Assembly: GCA_002269645.1 (NCBI GenBank)
Contig: NIVC01000067.1
Coordinates: forward strand, 310,001-374,000
Length of the DNA stretch: 64,000 nucleotides
From: Macrostomum lignano
Taxonomy: Eukaryota
Direction of reading: 5' to 3'
The translations under genes and the position numbers were made by a program. Position 1 is the stretch's first letter, and each line of letters begins with the position of its first letter. Shown piece after piece: positions 39,289-51,145 of the stretch. The notes beneath the pieces are model-generated. The model was not told the origin of the DNA. It saw only the letters and a program-made list of their open reading frames with translations, and did no database searches.

Positions 39289-40029
39289 ATGAATGATAAA
39301 AATGAACACATCTATCCTGTGGTTGAGCTGCATGAAGCAGATTTGAGGGAGCGGGACTATTTCAATCAGAGAAAGGGTGAAATCAAAGGCAGTATTGAAT
39401 GCATTACGAAAGATCTTACAATTTATAGCAAAAAGGTAAAAAAGTACAAACGACAAAGTAGCAGGATAAATTGGATCAACATTGTGACAGGAAATGTAAG
39501 TCTCTTGGCTGCTACAGGAATTGGCATAGCAACATCGATACTGACATTGAATCCCTTAGTTATTGGAGTAGTAATCGGGGCAATGAGTGGTTTTGAAGCT
39601 GTAAAATCCACGTCGTTGTTTGCAACTGTGAAAATTCATTGCCAAAAGCAGAAGGCAAAATACATTGTTCTCAGAGATCTGGCCAATAAATACAGAGAGA
39701 GATTATATATTTACTCCCAAAAAGCAGTTGATGATTATAGATTAACTCTTGAAGAGGTTCAAGCAGCTACTGCAATTTATTCAGAATACAGAGAGAAAAG
39801 AGATCAATTGTTAGACGCCGGTGTTGCGCCTGAAGAAGTTAACCATTCGGAAGTCGTTGATAAAATTCTCAAAGAGAGTAGACTTGGTCATTCAGCGAAG
39901 GAAAAAATTAAAAAGGAACTGCTGGAGAAAGATCTGAGAGAAAAATTGGGTCTAGCCGATAAGCCAAAAGAGTACTCGGCAACACTCAATCTTCAATCAA
40001 ATGCTCCAAGTGCACCTCCCTACAATTAA
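39289..40029 (+). CDS. two-helix membrane protein typical of Polintons/adintoviruses
   Basis: KKYKR then a hydrophobic hairpin, KAVDDYRLTLEEV; TAAAAATG start. Confidence 0.7.
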   Translation: MNDKNEHIYPVVELHEADLRERDYFNQRKGEIKGSIECITKDLTIYSKKVKKYKRQSSRINWINIVTGNVSLLAATGIGIATSILTLNPLVIGVVIGAMSGFEAVKSTSLFATVKIHCQKQKAKYIVLRDLANKYRERLYIYSQKAVDDYRLTLEEVQAATAIYSEYREKRDQLLDAGVAPEEVNHSEVVDKILKESRLGHSAKEKIKKELLEKDLREKLGLADKPKEYSATLNLQSNAPSAPPYN

Positions 40030-40054
40030 TATTGTATAATTTTTTTTCTAGAAA

Positions 40055-43000
40055 ATGGAAAGGAAAATACCAGCGGCCTCTTATGAATATGATCTCGACT
40101 CCGTTGAAGAAATTCGCGGTTTAATCTCCCCAATTCTTTCCGAATATTTGATGGCTAGAGATTCAATAAAATACAGAATTTCCTTTGTCGCAGAATTTTA
40201 TAAAGGAACTACCGACAGTTGGATTGAGTTCCAATATCATTCAAAGTATCGAACTTTGTTAAATCTTCTCCAAGTGGAAACTAGTATAGAAAGTACAATT
40301 CAGGATGTTCTGGATGAATTCGATGGATGGAAGGATAGTTTTAATGAAAGGGGATCAGGATATTATTTTGTTAAGTTAGTAAAGATTGTGTTGAAAGTTG
40401 TTGGCATTAATCAGTTGAAAGGAGGAACTTATATTCTAATTCCAATTAAATCAAACGCATTAGTAAATGTTAAGAACACTAAAGACAATAGGTGCTTTCT
40501 CTGGTCTATTTTAGCAAAGCTCCATCCTGTGAAGGAACATAGATATAGAGTTGGTAAGTATACACAGTATATAAATGAAATAAACTTAGGAGACGTTAAA
40601 TTTCCAGTGGACATTCGAGATATCTCTGAGATTGAAAAGTTGAACAGTCTTCATATAAATGTGTTTGGATTGAGGGATATAAATACTAAAGAGTCAATAT
40701 ATTCTATTCGTCTGACAGAAGATTACGACAACCCCAATGTTATTGATTTACTACTTGTTGAAAATCATTATTGCTTAATAACAGACTTGTGTTTATTCCT
40801 CACGTCCCAAAATTACAACAGGGTTTTTCTTTGTCGAAAGTGTCTTCAAGTCAAATACTCCCAGGATGCACTGGATAATCATAAAGCAATCTGTAATGAC
40901 TTCAAAGTGTCAATTGAAGTTCCAAAGATTGATAAGAGGATATTAAAGTTTAAAAACTACCACATGAGTGTAAGAAAACCATTTGTGTTTTATGCAATAT
41001 TAGATTATGTAACGATGGATGATAAATCACTAGAGCTATCACAATGGACACTTTTTACTAGTTCCGACTATGAGGACATTATAAAATCAAATATTATTTT
41101 AAATACTACAGTGGAATCATTCGTTGAAACCGTAATAAAAAAGTTTGAGCATATAAAAAATGAAATGGATAGATATAAACATCCAAGATTAAGTGATGTC
41201 GAAGAGACTGATTACAAAGCGGCAGAACAATGTTTTCTCTGCTCAAGGCCATTTGTAGATAGTAAAAAAATTCGAGAGCATAATCACTACAATGGTAAAT
41301 ATCGCGGCGCAGCATGTCAATCATGTAATACCAAGGAGGGCAAGGCGAATCAAACGGTACCGTTGTTTCTCCTGAATGAATCTGGAAAAGATCTAAACTA
41401 TTTGATAGTTCCATTAACACGAATAAAGAATACAGCTTATAAATTGGATTTCATTTCTAAAACATCGGAAGACCATGTTGCAATTAAGTGGGGGAATTAT
41501 ACCAGTGGTGTTGTGTTTTTAGATGGATCTAGGTTTTTGGAACCACCATTTACACTCTCTGAAGAAGAAATAAAATATTTGCCACCCAGTGATACAACAG
41601 CAGTAATTAGAAAGATTTACTCATTTGTCAACGCTTTTGAGAAGTTTCGATCAACATTTTTGAAATATTTCAAGATAGATCCTGCGTATTGCTTTTCCCT
41701 TTCTGGATTATCGTGGGCATGTGGGTTGAAATATACTAATGTGGAATTGGAATTACTTGGTGATAAAGAAATGATATCCATGGTAGAAAGTGGTATTCGC
41801 GGCGGTTTCTCTGGAGTTCTTGGAGATCGATATAAAAAAATGAATAACAAGTATTTAGAAAGTTATGACAGCAATTCTGAATCGTCGTACATGCTATACT
41901 TGGACAAGAATAATTTATATGGTGAAGCAATGATGAAAAATCTACCTGTGGGAGATTTCAAGTTTGAAAATGATCTAGAGTATCACAAGAATATTCCTAA
42001 TGGCAGGGGTTGTTTTCTTGAAGTTGACCTTGAATATACAGAGGAATGTAAGAAAGCTACAAGTAAATATCCACTGGCTCCTGAGAAACGAACAACTAGG
42101 TTTGAGGATTTATCTGATATACAGAAGCAATATCGAAGTCGAAAAGAAAAAGTTTGTTCAATCCAAGTTGATGTTGACATTTTACAACAAGGAGAAATAT
42201 GTTTTACATCACAGACTACTTGAGTTTTATGAGAAGATGGGCATGCGAGTATGAGAGTTCATAGAATTCTTTCATTCAAAGAGTCAAACTGGTTGAGTAA
42301 ATACATCGAATTTAATACCAGGCAGAGAATGGAAGCAAAAACTAAATTTGAGAAAGACCTGTGGAAACTACTGAACAATTCATTCTACGGTAAAACAATC
42401 GAAAATGTAAAGAATAGGTCGAACTTTCATCTTGTAGCTGAAGAAAAAACTGCAAGGCGTTATTTTTCCAAACCAAATTTCAAAGATTTCATTATGTTTA
42501 GTGAGGATGCAGTTGGTGTCCAAATGTACAAAAAGACAATTGCGTGTGACAAGCCAATTTATTTAGGAATGGCTATTCTGGATTATGCAAAAATGCTAAT
42601 GTACGATTGCTATTACAATTTTATTGAGAAGAATTGGAACAGCTGTCAATTGCACTATTCTGATTGTGATTCGCTAATATTCTCAGTGATTACTCAGGAT
42701 GTTTATAGGATCTTGAAAAAATTAAAGAACACTTAGACACATCGGATTATCCAAGAGAGCATCCACTATACTCCGAGACGAACAAGAAAGTTATTGGAAA
42801 GTTGAAAGATGAAATGAATGGCTCAATAATTTCCGAAGCTGTATTCCTGCGGTCAAAGGAGTATGCTTTCACTACAGTTTCAGGGGAGTGTGTTACGATC
42901 AAGGGGGTTGATAAAAGCAGTACAAATATAAATTTTGAAACTTTTAAAAACATACTATTGACAGATTACAAAGATATTCAAAGAGGTAGAGTAAGTATGA

Positions 43001-43119
43001 CTGTATCTGAAAAAAATAAAATATATATTCGTGAGATTATGAAACAAACAATGAGTCCGTTAGATGATAAAAGATATTATTTGGATCCTATCAGATCTAT
43101 TCCTCATCAGCCAATGTAA
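40055..43119 (+). pseudogene. polB: protein-primed PolB of Polinton 2, three frameshifts, degenerate exonuclease
   Basis: ERGSG, DNRCFLWS..HYCLI, LDKNNLYG, KLLNNSFYGK, YSDCDS, KVIGKLKDE; shifts near 42140, 42250, 42708. Confidence 0.92.
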
Positions 43120-43140
43120 TCTCATTGATAACATCTTCGT

Positions 43141-45602
43141 TTATTTTTTTACACAGTAAAACAGAACATTTCTAGTTTCTTGCTGTTTACCATCTATCCT
43201 ACGCCTATATCTATCCTTATAATACTTACAATAGTCATTGTGATTCTTGAAGAAATCTGTTATGTATTGTTGTTGGAATTCACGTTTCTCACGTTGGGCT
43301 AGAGTCCTATAGTATTCACTCTCTGTTGCGGCAGTGTAAATTTCTCTAATAAGCAAAAATGTTTTTTCCTCAGTTTCTAAAAATTCATAATTCTCTTCAA
43401 AGAAGTGAGCAAACCAATTACAATTCTGTATGAATTCATTAGTGTTTTCAATTACGCTTTTCGATCGATATATTTCACCCTTTGTTTGCTTGAAAATTTC
43501 TAGTAGGTGTTTCATCTCAGCAAACTTATATTTATTCTTAAACTCCTCGGTCTTAAGATATGAATCGGCTTTATAAATGTGTTTCGCATGATCAATGATG
43601 TCGGTATCTGTTGTATATTTACATGGGTAATTAATATTTATAATTCGTCTTTTTTCTGCATCTCCAATATTTTGTCTAAAGTCAGGCTTGTTATTACATT
43701 CGACTATTAGGGTTGCGTGTAAAACGACATTACACTGGCTTGAATATAAATTTCTAGCTTGGATAACCCCACCACCAGTTAGTAATTTTATTGATGCATT
43801 GTTCAAGACACCACTTACTTCTTGACTGATAACCAACCTCTTTTTATTAATTTGTGCTAGGGCTGGTTGTGGCCTGTCTATTCTTATTGGTAAATTCAAA
43901 ACATCAGGACTCAGTGGTGCTGCATAATCAGATCCTAGAGTTCTAAGAAGTAGGTTGTCCTCAACCCCTTGCCATTTCCACCAGCGCCATCAAACATTAT
44001 AAAGTTTTCAACATTCTTACCCATTAGAGCTGTGGCTATAACGGATTCCCAACTTTTTCTATTTTCTGGATCGGGATGAATTTGGTTATGCAGATTAACA
44101 ATGAAGCCATAGTCGTAATCACTCACTCCAAGTACATCCGAGTAATTATATCCCACCGATTTAGTAACGTAATCGTCATATCTATACTCGCGAAACTCAC
44201 CTGTAAGGAGGTCGTATACTCCATCGTTAAACCCTAGCAAATTCCATTTCATGTCGAATTCAATTTCATTGTTAGTAAACCTCTCTTTGAACAAAGTAGT
44301 TACCTGTTTGAGTTTGTTGGCTCCTTGTATTGAATTTATATTCTTTATTGTACTCTGTAGTTTCTTTTCAAGTGCTTTTAACTTCTCTTTATCATCAGCC
44401 GCCTTCTTAATTGCAATTTCGAGTCTAGTCTTTCGGTGGTTTAACTCACTGCTAACAAGTTCTGATATTTTAAGAAATATGTCATTTATACTACTTAGTT
44501 CTCTCCACTTATCATCATCAAAATAGTAAATACCATCGCTATTGTAAATTATATTATTCTTCTTATATTCATAAACAAAGTTGGTTATGTTAACGTCAGT
44601 GAAATTATCATCAAGATACTCAATCCTACCATAGTAATCATATTTGCTTTTCCATTCCTTATATTTACAATAATTTTCTTCACTAGCCCATTTCTTCAAC
44701 GTACCGATAGTAAGTCTGTCCTGTGCATCAGCAGAGCTGGTATTGGTGCTATTCCACACATTTTTACATGCCTCGGAATCGAACTTATCATAATTTACTT
44801 TTGACCAATCAGTGAATACTTTGTACATTTCATCACCACTGTCTATGTCGCGGAGTATAAGTGCAACCTTGTACCAAGAATCATAGTCTTGGTTTTTGTG
44901 TTGTATTATACTTAACAACTTTGAAACTCCTTCACAACTGGGTGATGGAACGGTGCTTTTTAGTGCCTGTTTATCTTGTTCTTGGATTTCATTTTTATCC
45001 TGTCGCTTTATTAATCTATTTATCTCATCAAGAATTACATCTGGCATGTCTATAAGTCCCTCGCACTTTGTACGTTTGTATTCCTTCATTTCACCATCCA
45101 CATAATAGAAACCTGGTGGAGCAAATACTAAGCGGAATATCAAAACCCACACTTTGTTGAATCGTTACTTTCAATCCATCTACTTTGTTAAAGTAAAAGT
45201 GGTGTCCCTTGTTTGTCTGAACAACCCAATCACAATGAGTCATACACAGTTCATTCAACTCAGGGCATAGGTCAGCATTATCAATATCGATTACGGTTAT
45301 ATTTGAGTTTCTAGTATCTATCCAAATCATGTTGTCTACCTCTGGTCGAAATGGTGGGAGGTTGAATTCCTATCTGCTTTGTTTGGCATTCCTGACGGTA
45401 TTTTTTTCTTTGTTTTACTATTCCATGTTACACTGCAACTTCCGAATTTAAAATTAAGTTCTCCATAGAGATTAATTAGTTTATCGTACGATTTTGTTTG
45501 TTTTAAATTTGTCAATCTTGGTGGTGGGGCATCATGTTTTTGAAGCGGATCCTGTACGATCACAGGAGAGAAACTTGAATCGTTTTGATTTTTTCTTTCC
45601 AT
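43141..45602 (-). pseudogene. Prim-Pol primase + PriCT-2 + D5-like SF3 helicase, three frameshifts
   Basis: VIDID, TNKGHHFYF, YDSWYKVAL..WSK, GAGGNGKG Walker A, VISQE, ECNNKP; shifts near 45355, 45130, 43965. Confidence 0.88.
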
Positions 45603-45618
45603 TTTATTTAAAATAAAT

Positions 45619-45960
45619 TTAACAATATAATTCATCAGTTTCAATGTACTTCTCAAGGGTTATGGGGAGTTTGAAAATGTTCAACTTAAGCATGACGAAA
45701 AATTCATCATTCCTTATGTGCTGTCTTGAAATCAATGCCCATTTATCAACATGTGCAAGATATACTCTGAATGAATACAAATAAGGGGGGCATTTACAAT
45801 CGGTGTGTTTTAATATTTCTGCTTTATATTCATCGTAAGCTTTATCAATTTCTTCAATTAGTCGAGCCTTTCGAGTGGGTGTTTTTATTTGAGAGAAATT
45901 TATAATAGAATCATAATACTTTTGTGGCAGTGCATTTCGTACATTTGGGTTAGCTTCCAT
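45619..45960 (-). CDS. hypothetical protein
   Basis: 113-aa ORF with GAAAAATG start in a gene-dense block. Confidence 0.55.
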   Translation of the reverse strand: MEANPNVRNALPQKYYDSIINFSQIKTPTRKARLIEEIDKAYDEYKAEILKHTDCKCPPYLYSFRVYLAHVDKWALISRQHIRNDEFFVMLKLNIFKLPITLEKYIETDELYC

Positions 45961-46435
45961 TTTTCTATGAAAAATTTAACATTTTTGCTTTCTTTTGGGC
46001 AAATTTCTATAGATAATCCAACTTTAGCATTTTCTGTGTATCATTATACTTTGTCTTCTTAATTTTTCGCTACTTTTGCGCCTACTTCATTGGCAGCTTT
46101 TTTATTATTGACTGTCTTTGCGATTCCGGCTGCACCTGCCTGTCTTATGAGAGGTAGATTGTCTTTTAGTAAGTTGGAATGGTGCTTCTAGTATCAAAAT
46201 ACCTCTCCATTGTACTCTAGGGCTCACCTATTGTATACTCTCTTAGCTTGCGTGGATCTGTAACGGGGCACATTTTTGTCTATTTTTAGAAACAGAAAAA
46301 TAAACACAGGAACAGAAAGACTTTCAGACACCAAAGGCCAAACTCCATTGGGCTAAATGTGGCCTGCTCAAAGCGGTGATATATTTGTTTAAATTATTAC
46401 CTTAATAAATGTTTGATATCAAATCATGTTGATAA

Positions 46436-46750
46436 TTATGGCGCATTAGATGGTTCTATATCAGCGCGGCATGTTGGGCACCTAACCATGTTGCCCTCTT
46501 GAATTCCAGTGCGATAACATATTTCACAAACTACAGCTCGACAACATGCCATGGTAACGTTTGGTGGCCGTGGTTCGTGTTGGCAGATTGGACAAAGCCC
46601 TTGATTATTCCCCGGCTGAGCTGGATGGTTCTGTACTTGAGTCGGGTTATCCTCTGGTTGAATATCAGCTAGTTGGTGCTCCATATCTTGGCGATAAGCA
46701 ACCAAGCGCCTCTCTGCTTCTTGAACGCGACGTTTTTGAAGATAGTAGTT
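46436..46750 (-). CDS. RING finger protein (Polinton 2)
   Basis: CPIC..MACCRAVVCEIC..CPTCR; the frame is open upstream to ~46750, start uncertain. Confidence 0.7.
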   Translation of the reverse strand, partial: NYYLQKRRVQEAERRLVAYRQDMEHQLADIQPEDNPTQVQNHPAQPGNNQGLCPICQHEPRPPNVTMACCRAVVCEICYRTGIQEGNMVRCPTCRADIEPSNAP

Positions 46751-46819
46751 CTAGGAAAGGGTTTGGTGCGCTCGTATATGATTTTTGTAAACTAAAACCT
46801 TATAATGTAAAAACACTTT

Positions 46820-47011
46820 TTAACTAACCTTTAGCTGATTAAAGAAGCGCTCTTCATTAGCCAAATTTTGTGGGTTATACTCCAAAAAGATGTTGATGGC
46901 AATATCTCTAAACATTGAGTTCCTATGGTGTTGTCGCAAATTTCGCTCTCGAATTCTAAGAGTTGCTCTAGCGGCAGTAAGCCTCTCGTGCAAATTCGAG
47001 AAAGAAGGCAT
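46820..47011 (-). CDS. hypothetical protein, possibly the N-terminus of the RING gene
   Basis: ATG-started 63-aa ORF upstream on the same strand. Confidence 0.4.
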   Translation of the reverse strand: MPSFSNLHERLTAARATLRIRERNLRQHHRNSMFRDIAINIFLEYNPQNLANEERFFNQLKVS

Positions 47012-47227
47012 TGTAGGAATGATAATTTGTAAGAAGGTAAAGTTAGTAGAGAAAAATTACTAGACCTTGCCGCTCGTGGCCATTCATTTATATATTTTTA
47101 TGACAAAACGTCAGACCCCGCATTCCATTCAGACCAAAACACGAGACCAATTTTTATCTTTTTATTTTTCGAAATTTTCTTCTCGCGTTTTGGTCTCGCG
47201 TTTTGGTCTGAATGGAATGCATGACTC

Positions 47228-47708
47228 AGTGTAGCAAGAGTATAAGATAAAAAATATAAAACCCCGAATTCCTGTGTTAGTCATCGAGTGAAGTTTGCCT
47301 ACTTGCTTTGCTATCTTGGTCGGACAATAGCCGACCATATTGTTGCGGTGCGAGCTTGCTTCTGTGTAGCAAGAGTAGATGAAAAATATAAAACCCCGAA
47401 TTCCTGTGTTAGTCATCGAGTGAAGTTTGCCTACTTGCTTTACTATCTTGGTCGGACAATAGCCGACCATATTGTTGCGGTGCGAGCTTGCTTCTGTGTA
47501 GCAAGAGTATAAGATAAAAAATATACAACCCCGAATTCCTGCGTTACTCATTGAGTAAAGTTTGCCTACTTGCTTTGCTACGGTGGTTGGACAATAGCCG
47601 ACCATATTATTGCTCTGCGAGATTGCTTCTGTGTGTAGCAAAAGTAGATGAAAAATATACAACCCCGAATTCCTGCGTTAGTCACTGAGTGAAGTTTGCC
47701 TACTTGCC
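47228..47708. repeat. ~133-bp direct repeat, ~3.6 copies, intergenic in Polinton 2
   Basis: ACCCCGAATT at 47261, 47393, 47528, 47662. Confidence 0.9.
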
Positions 47709-47802
47709 AGCTTCCTAAGATAGTAATTTTTTGTTTATTGACCCCGTTGGGAGTTTTTGTACTTATGTTGTGTTTTTATGGTGACTATGGTATTATGTCT
47801 AA

Positions 47803-49181
47803 TTATGTGACAATTATGTCTAAAATCGGATAAAGTTGAAAGCCTGAAACAATAAGAACAGTTGATCCTTCAGTGGCTGAATTAATATGCACTCTATAAC
47901 CGGAGAATTTTTCGGTGGAAGCTACTTCAAAATATTTCATCACTCCAGGAACTAAACCAGCATTTTCGGTAGAAAAAATATTCCTAAAGTCTCTCTTGTT
48001 ATTGCTCCCTTTCAGAATAAAACTTTTTGGTTGATTTTTTATAATTTCACTACCTACTGCTTTGGTTCCTTTCAATCCGAATTTCCAAATTTGAATAGAT
48101 TCAGGAAGTTGTACTTCAATGTAAGAATTGGGTTCATTCCTCGATGCCCATTCTGAATTAGATACTATATAACCCCAATTATCTGACGTTTCAAATGCTC
48201 CTGATGACGCTACATTGAAACCCCTTTCTCTATAGTTTTGACGTGTTGCTAGTGAGGGAATATATCCTGTATAAGATTTGAAACCTAGTCCCCGCCTTAG
48301 TCGCAGCTCCACTGATTCAAGTGCATTGTCTACGTATAGCTTTGGTACAGCTTGAAGTCTATCTATAGGCCACACTAAATCATTAACCACTGTTTGTCTC
48401 TCAAGTAATTCAACTTTTGTAAGCTTTACGGAACCAGAAAAATTAAGAGAATAATGGAAATAATATGAGGGTTTGGGTATTTTTTTCCTAAGATGTGCAT
48501 TGCCCCTTCGTAGTTCAATGGGTGCACTTTGTTCAACAGGTGTCCAGTTTGTTCCATTTAGGCTCACACTAACAGACCAACCAGGCCACACCTCTCCTTC
48601 CAACTTTATCTCTACAACTTTCCTAGCTCTTTTCAAAATTGAAATCGTATCCACTTGTCTGAGTCATCTGCACTGCTCCATTCTGAAGCTGGGTTTGAAT
48701 CTGCAACATGATATGCTGCTGAAGAGTTATGAGAAGCGGTCACTTTCATGTCAGGATGGGAAGCGTTTGAAGTCAGTAATGAAAGAATATTGACTAATTT
48801 CGAACTCTCTGTACCTCCCGCAGTACCTTGCCTTTCTGCTAACAAAGTGTCAATCTCAGTTTTAGAATACATCTTAGTGTCAATTTCGGTTTTAGAATAC
48901 ATCTTAGTGTCAGTTTCGGTTTTTGTGTAGACATTGTTTACGCGCCCATGAGCATCGTCAATTAATTGTAGCATGGTGATATTCATTGCGTCACTATCTT
49001 CCTTTGAATAAGAGTCTGAAACATTTCTCTTTGCTAACAATAAATTATCTATTTCCTCTCTCTTATATCCTTCATTTTCATTGATGTATCGATCATCAGC
49101 TAACGCTATTGTTATTCCAGGTGCTATATCATTTGAATTTGACGAGTAACCAAATTGATTAGCAGTATTCTTGTAACTCAT
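47803..49181 (-). CDS. fibre/spike-like protein with YxKxEID repeats and discoidin (F5/8 type C)-like domains; one frameshift at ~48635
   Basis: YSKTEID repeats; EWSS..KWIRFQF; EWAS..SYIEVQLP..QPKSFILKGSN..FSGYRVHI. Confidence 0.65.
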
Positions 49182-49609
49182 TTTAATTGCTGCAAAATTT
49201 CATTATAGCTATCTCCTTTATCGATTCGATGTAAAAAGTACAGCGACATTTGACCACAAAATTTCTTATCTAAAGTTTGAATTTGTTCTTCCATGTCTCC
49301 ACATATTCTATTCTTTGTGTGATTAAACTTTTCCATAATTTCCAGTGTGGGCGGTAGTGCATAGGAATCAAAAAAATAAACCTTATCATGAGCTGAAAAG
49401 ATAGCTGAATGATGTATACCCCGTTCTTTCGAAGTGTGAATATTTGTCATAAAGTAACCATACTGTGGTAAATCAACAATTTCATCTCTCATGGCATAGC
49501 GAAATGGTTTTAACTTGAGATATTTTGCCCAATTTATCAGATCAATATTAGTCGTAGTGTCAGTCCCAAACTTTTGTTTAAATGCATTCCATGTCTCAGC
49601 TTCGCTCAT
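49178..49609 (-). CDS. adenain-like cysteine protease (Polinton 2)
   Basis: GIHHSA, FFDSY, QIQTLDKKFCG. Confidence 0.88.
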   Translation of the reverse strand: MSEAETWNAFKQKFGTDTTTNIDLINWAKYLKLKPFRYAMRDEIVDLPQYGYFMTNIHTSKERGIHHSAIFSAHDKVYFFDSYALPPTLEIMEKFNHTKNRICGDMEEQIQTLDKKFCGQMSLYFLHRIDKGDSYNEILQQLK

Positions 49610-49618
49610 TTTTAACAC

Positions 49619-50410
49619 TCATATTTGTCGTACGTGTAGATTTATAAATATTTCCTCGCCATCAAAGTCGTATAGAACACCAGACTCATCTTCGATGACA
49701 AAGTCGAATGTGCTCAACATGTTTGTAGTTAGTGGTAGGTACACAGGATTTGCAGGCTCTTGAATAATTTTACTTCCCATTGGGACAGAGAACGATGGAA
49801 TTGAAAGAAGTATTTGCTTATCAATTAAATGATTTCCATTGGCTGGATCAGTGATAAAACCCCCTTTGATATTGAGACAACGAACCATGATCGCACTTCT
49901 AGCTCCGTCTATCCGAGCTGGATTTGGAGCTCTCTCAAATGGTTTCAAATACACTTCCGAATTGAATCCCAACAGTCTTCTAAAGTTATTGGAATGTGCA
50001 TCCCTGAAATCAACTTGATACTCTGTGGCTAACCGTAACTCAACCCTACGCGTGTCTAGGCTTGCACTGAAAACAATAGCCCCCTCTTTCCAATCATTTG
50101 CAGCTGTTAGCAATCTTTGAATCTCGCTTGACAGACTTTTAACTTCCCAAGATCCTGCTTGAATCTTTATTTTCTTCCATGTTCTACCACTATCCCTCGA
50201 GTATCGCAACTCATTATTGCCTCCTTCAATATTGTTAATAGCATCAAAGACTGCAAACTTTTTTATACCAGCTTCGTATTCTCGATCTTCATACAAATTT
50301 ATCGGAGTGCCTAGAGTTTGTCGAAATGGGTTTTTAATTGAAAAGAAGTCAAATGTGCGTTGAAACTTTTTACTCAAGAGGATGTTGACTTTTTCTATTT
50401 CTTTTTCCAT
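49619..50410 (-). CDS. minor capsid protein (penton, single jelly-roll)
   Basis: LLGF, GSKIIQEPANPVYLP, IEDESGVLYDFDGE motifs; position in the structural block. Confidence 0.8.
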   Translation of the reverse strand: MEKEIEKVNILLSKKFQRTFDFFSIKNPFRQTLGTPINLYEDREYEAGIKKFAVFDAINNIEGGNNELRYSRDSGRTWKKIKIQAGSWEVKSLSSEIQRLLTAANDWKEGAIVFSASLDTRRVELRLATEYQVDFRDAHSNNFRRLLGFNSEVYLKPFERAPNPARIDGARSAIMVRCLNIKGGFITDPANGNHLIDKQILLSIPSFSVPMGSKIIQEPANPVYLPLTTNMLSTFDFVIEDESGVLYDFDGEEIFINLHVRQI

Positions 50411-50412
50411 TT

Positions 50413-51143
50413 TTAAGCAAGTAATTCTACTAGCTCTTTATCAACATTGTTATGTCCCTCTGCTTTTGCGGCTAGTAATGTCAACACTCTTTCACTGAGT
50501 CCAGATCCCGGTTTTACTCGATATCCTGGTGGATTATCTTTCAATATCCTTACTGCTTGCTTATAATTCCCACTTGATTTGGCCGCTGGATTTTTACAGT
50601 GTTCAATGAGGTTAACATAATCCTGCAATGTTTGCATCTTGAATTGCTTCAGCTCTTCACCATTTTCAGTTACTTTAGGCATTTTGAACAACTCTTCAAG
50701 ATCTTCAGAAAATGGCATTCGGAATTCGTTGACAATGATGTCCGACCTTGTTCATGGAATTCAACCTCTATTACAGATGATCCAAATATATATCCAGCAT
50801 CAGTTTTTTGAATCCGTATACTAGGCGCTGGTCTTTGAGTTATTGGAATCTTTCCAATTTCTTCAATTATTTTGTCAAATACTTCCAGAGGTTCAAATCG
50901 TCCTTTTGGTGTACTTAATTGCGGAACTGGAACTTTTTGATTCTGAAGTTTATCAACAAGGTTGGCATTGAAATCAATAAATTCATCAAGCTTTTCTGTG
51001 ACAGGTTTTTGAGCTAATGGAGCCACTCTTGCATATAAACTCTCTTCTCCAATTTTCAAATAGCGTTGAGCATCATTTCTGGATTTGTACGTTTCTCGCT
51101 GCTTTGCTAAATTAATGAGTTCTCTTATATATTCATTAGTCAT
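50413..51143 (-). pseudogene. conserved Polinton protein of unknown function, one frameshift at ~50740
   Basis: C-terminal GSGL..LTLLAAKAEGHNN motif; two ORFs join with one added base. Confidence 0.6.
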
Positions 51144-51145
51144 TT

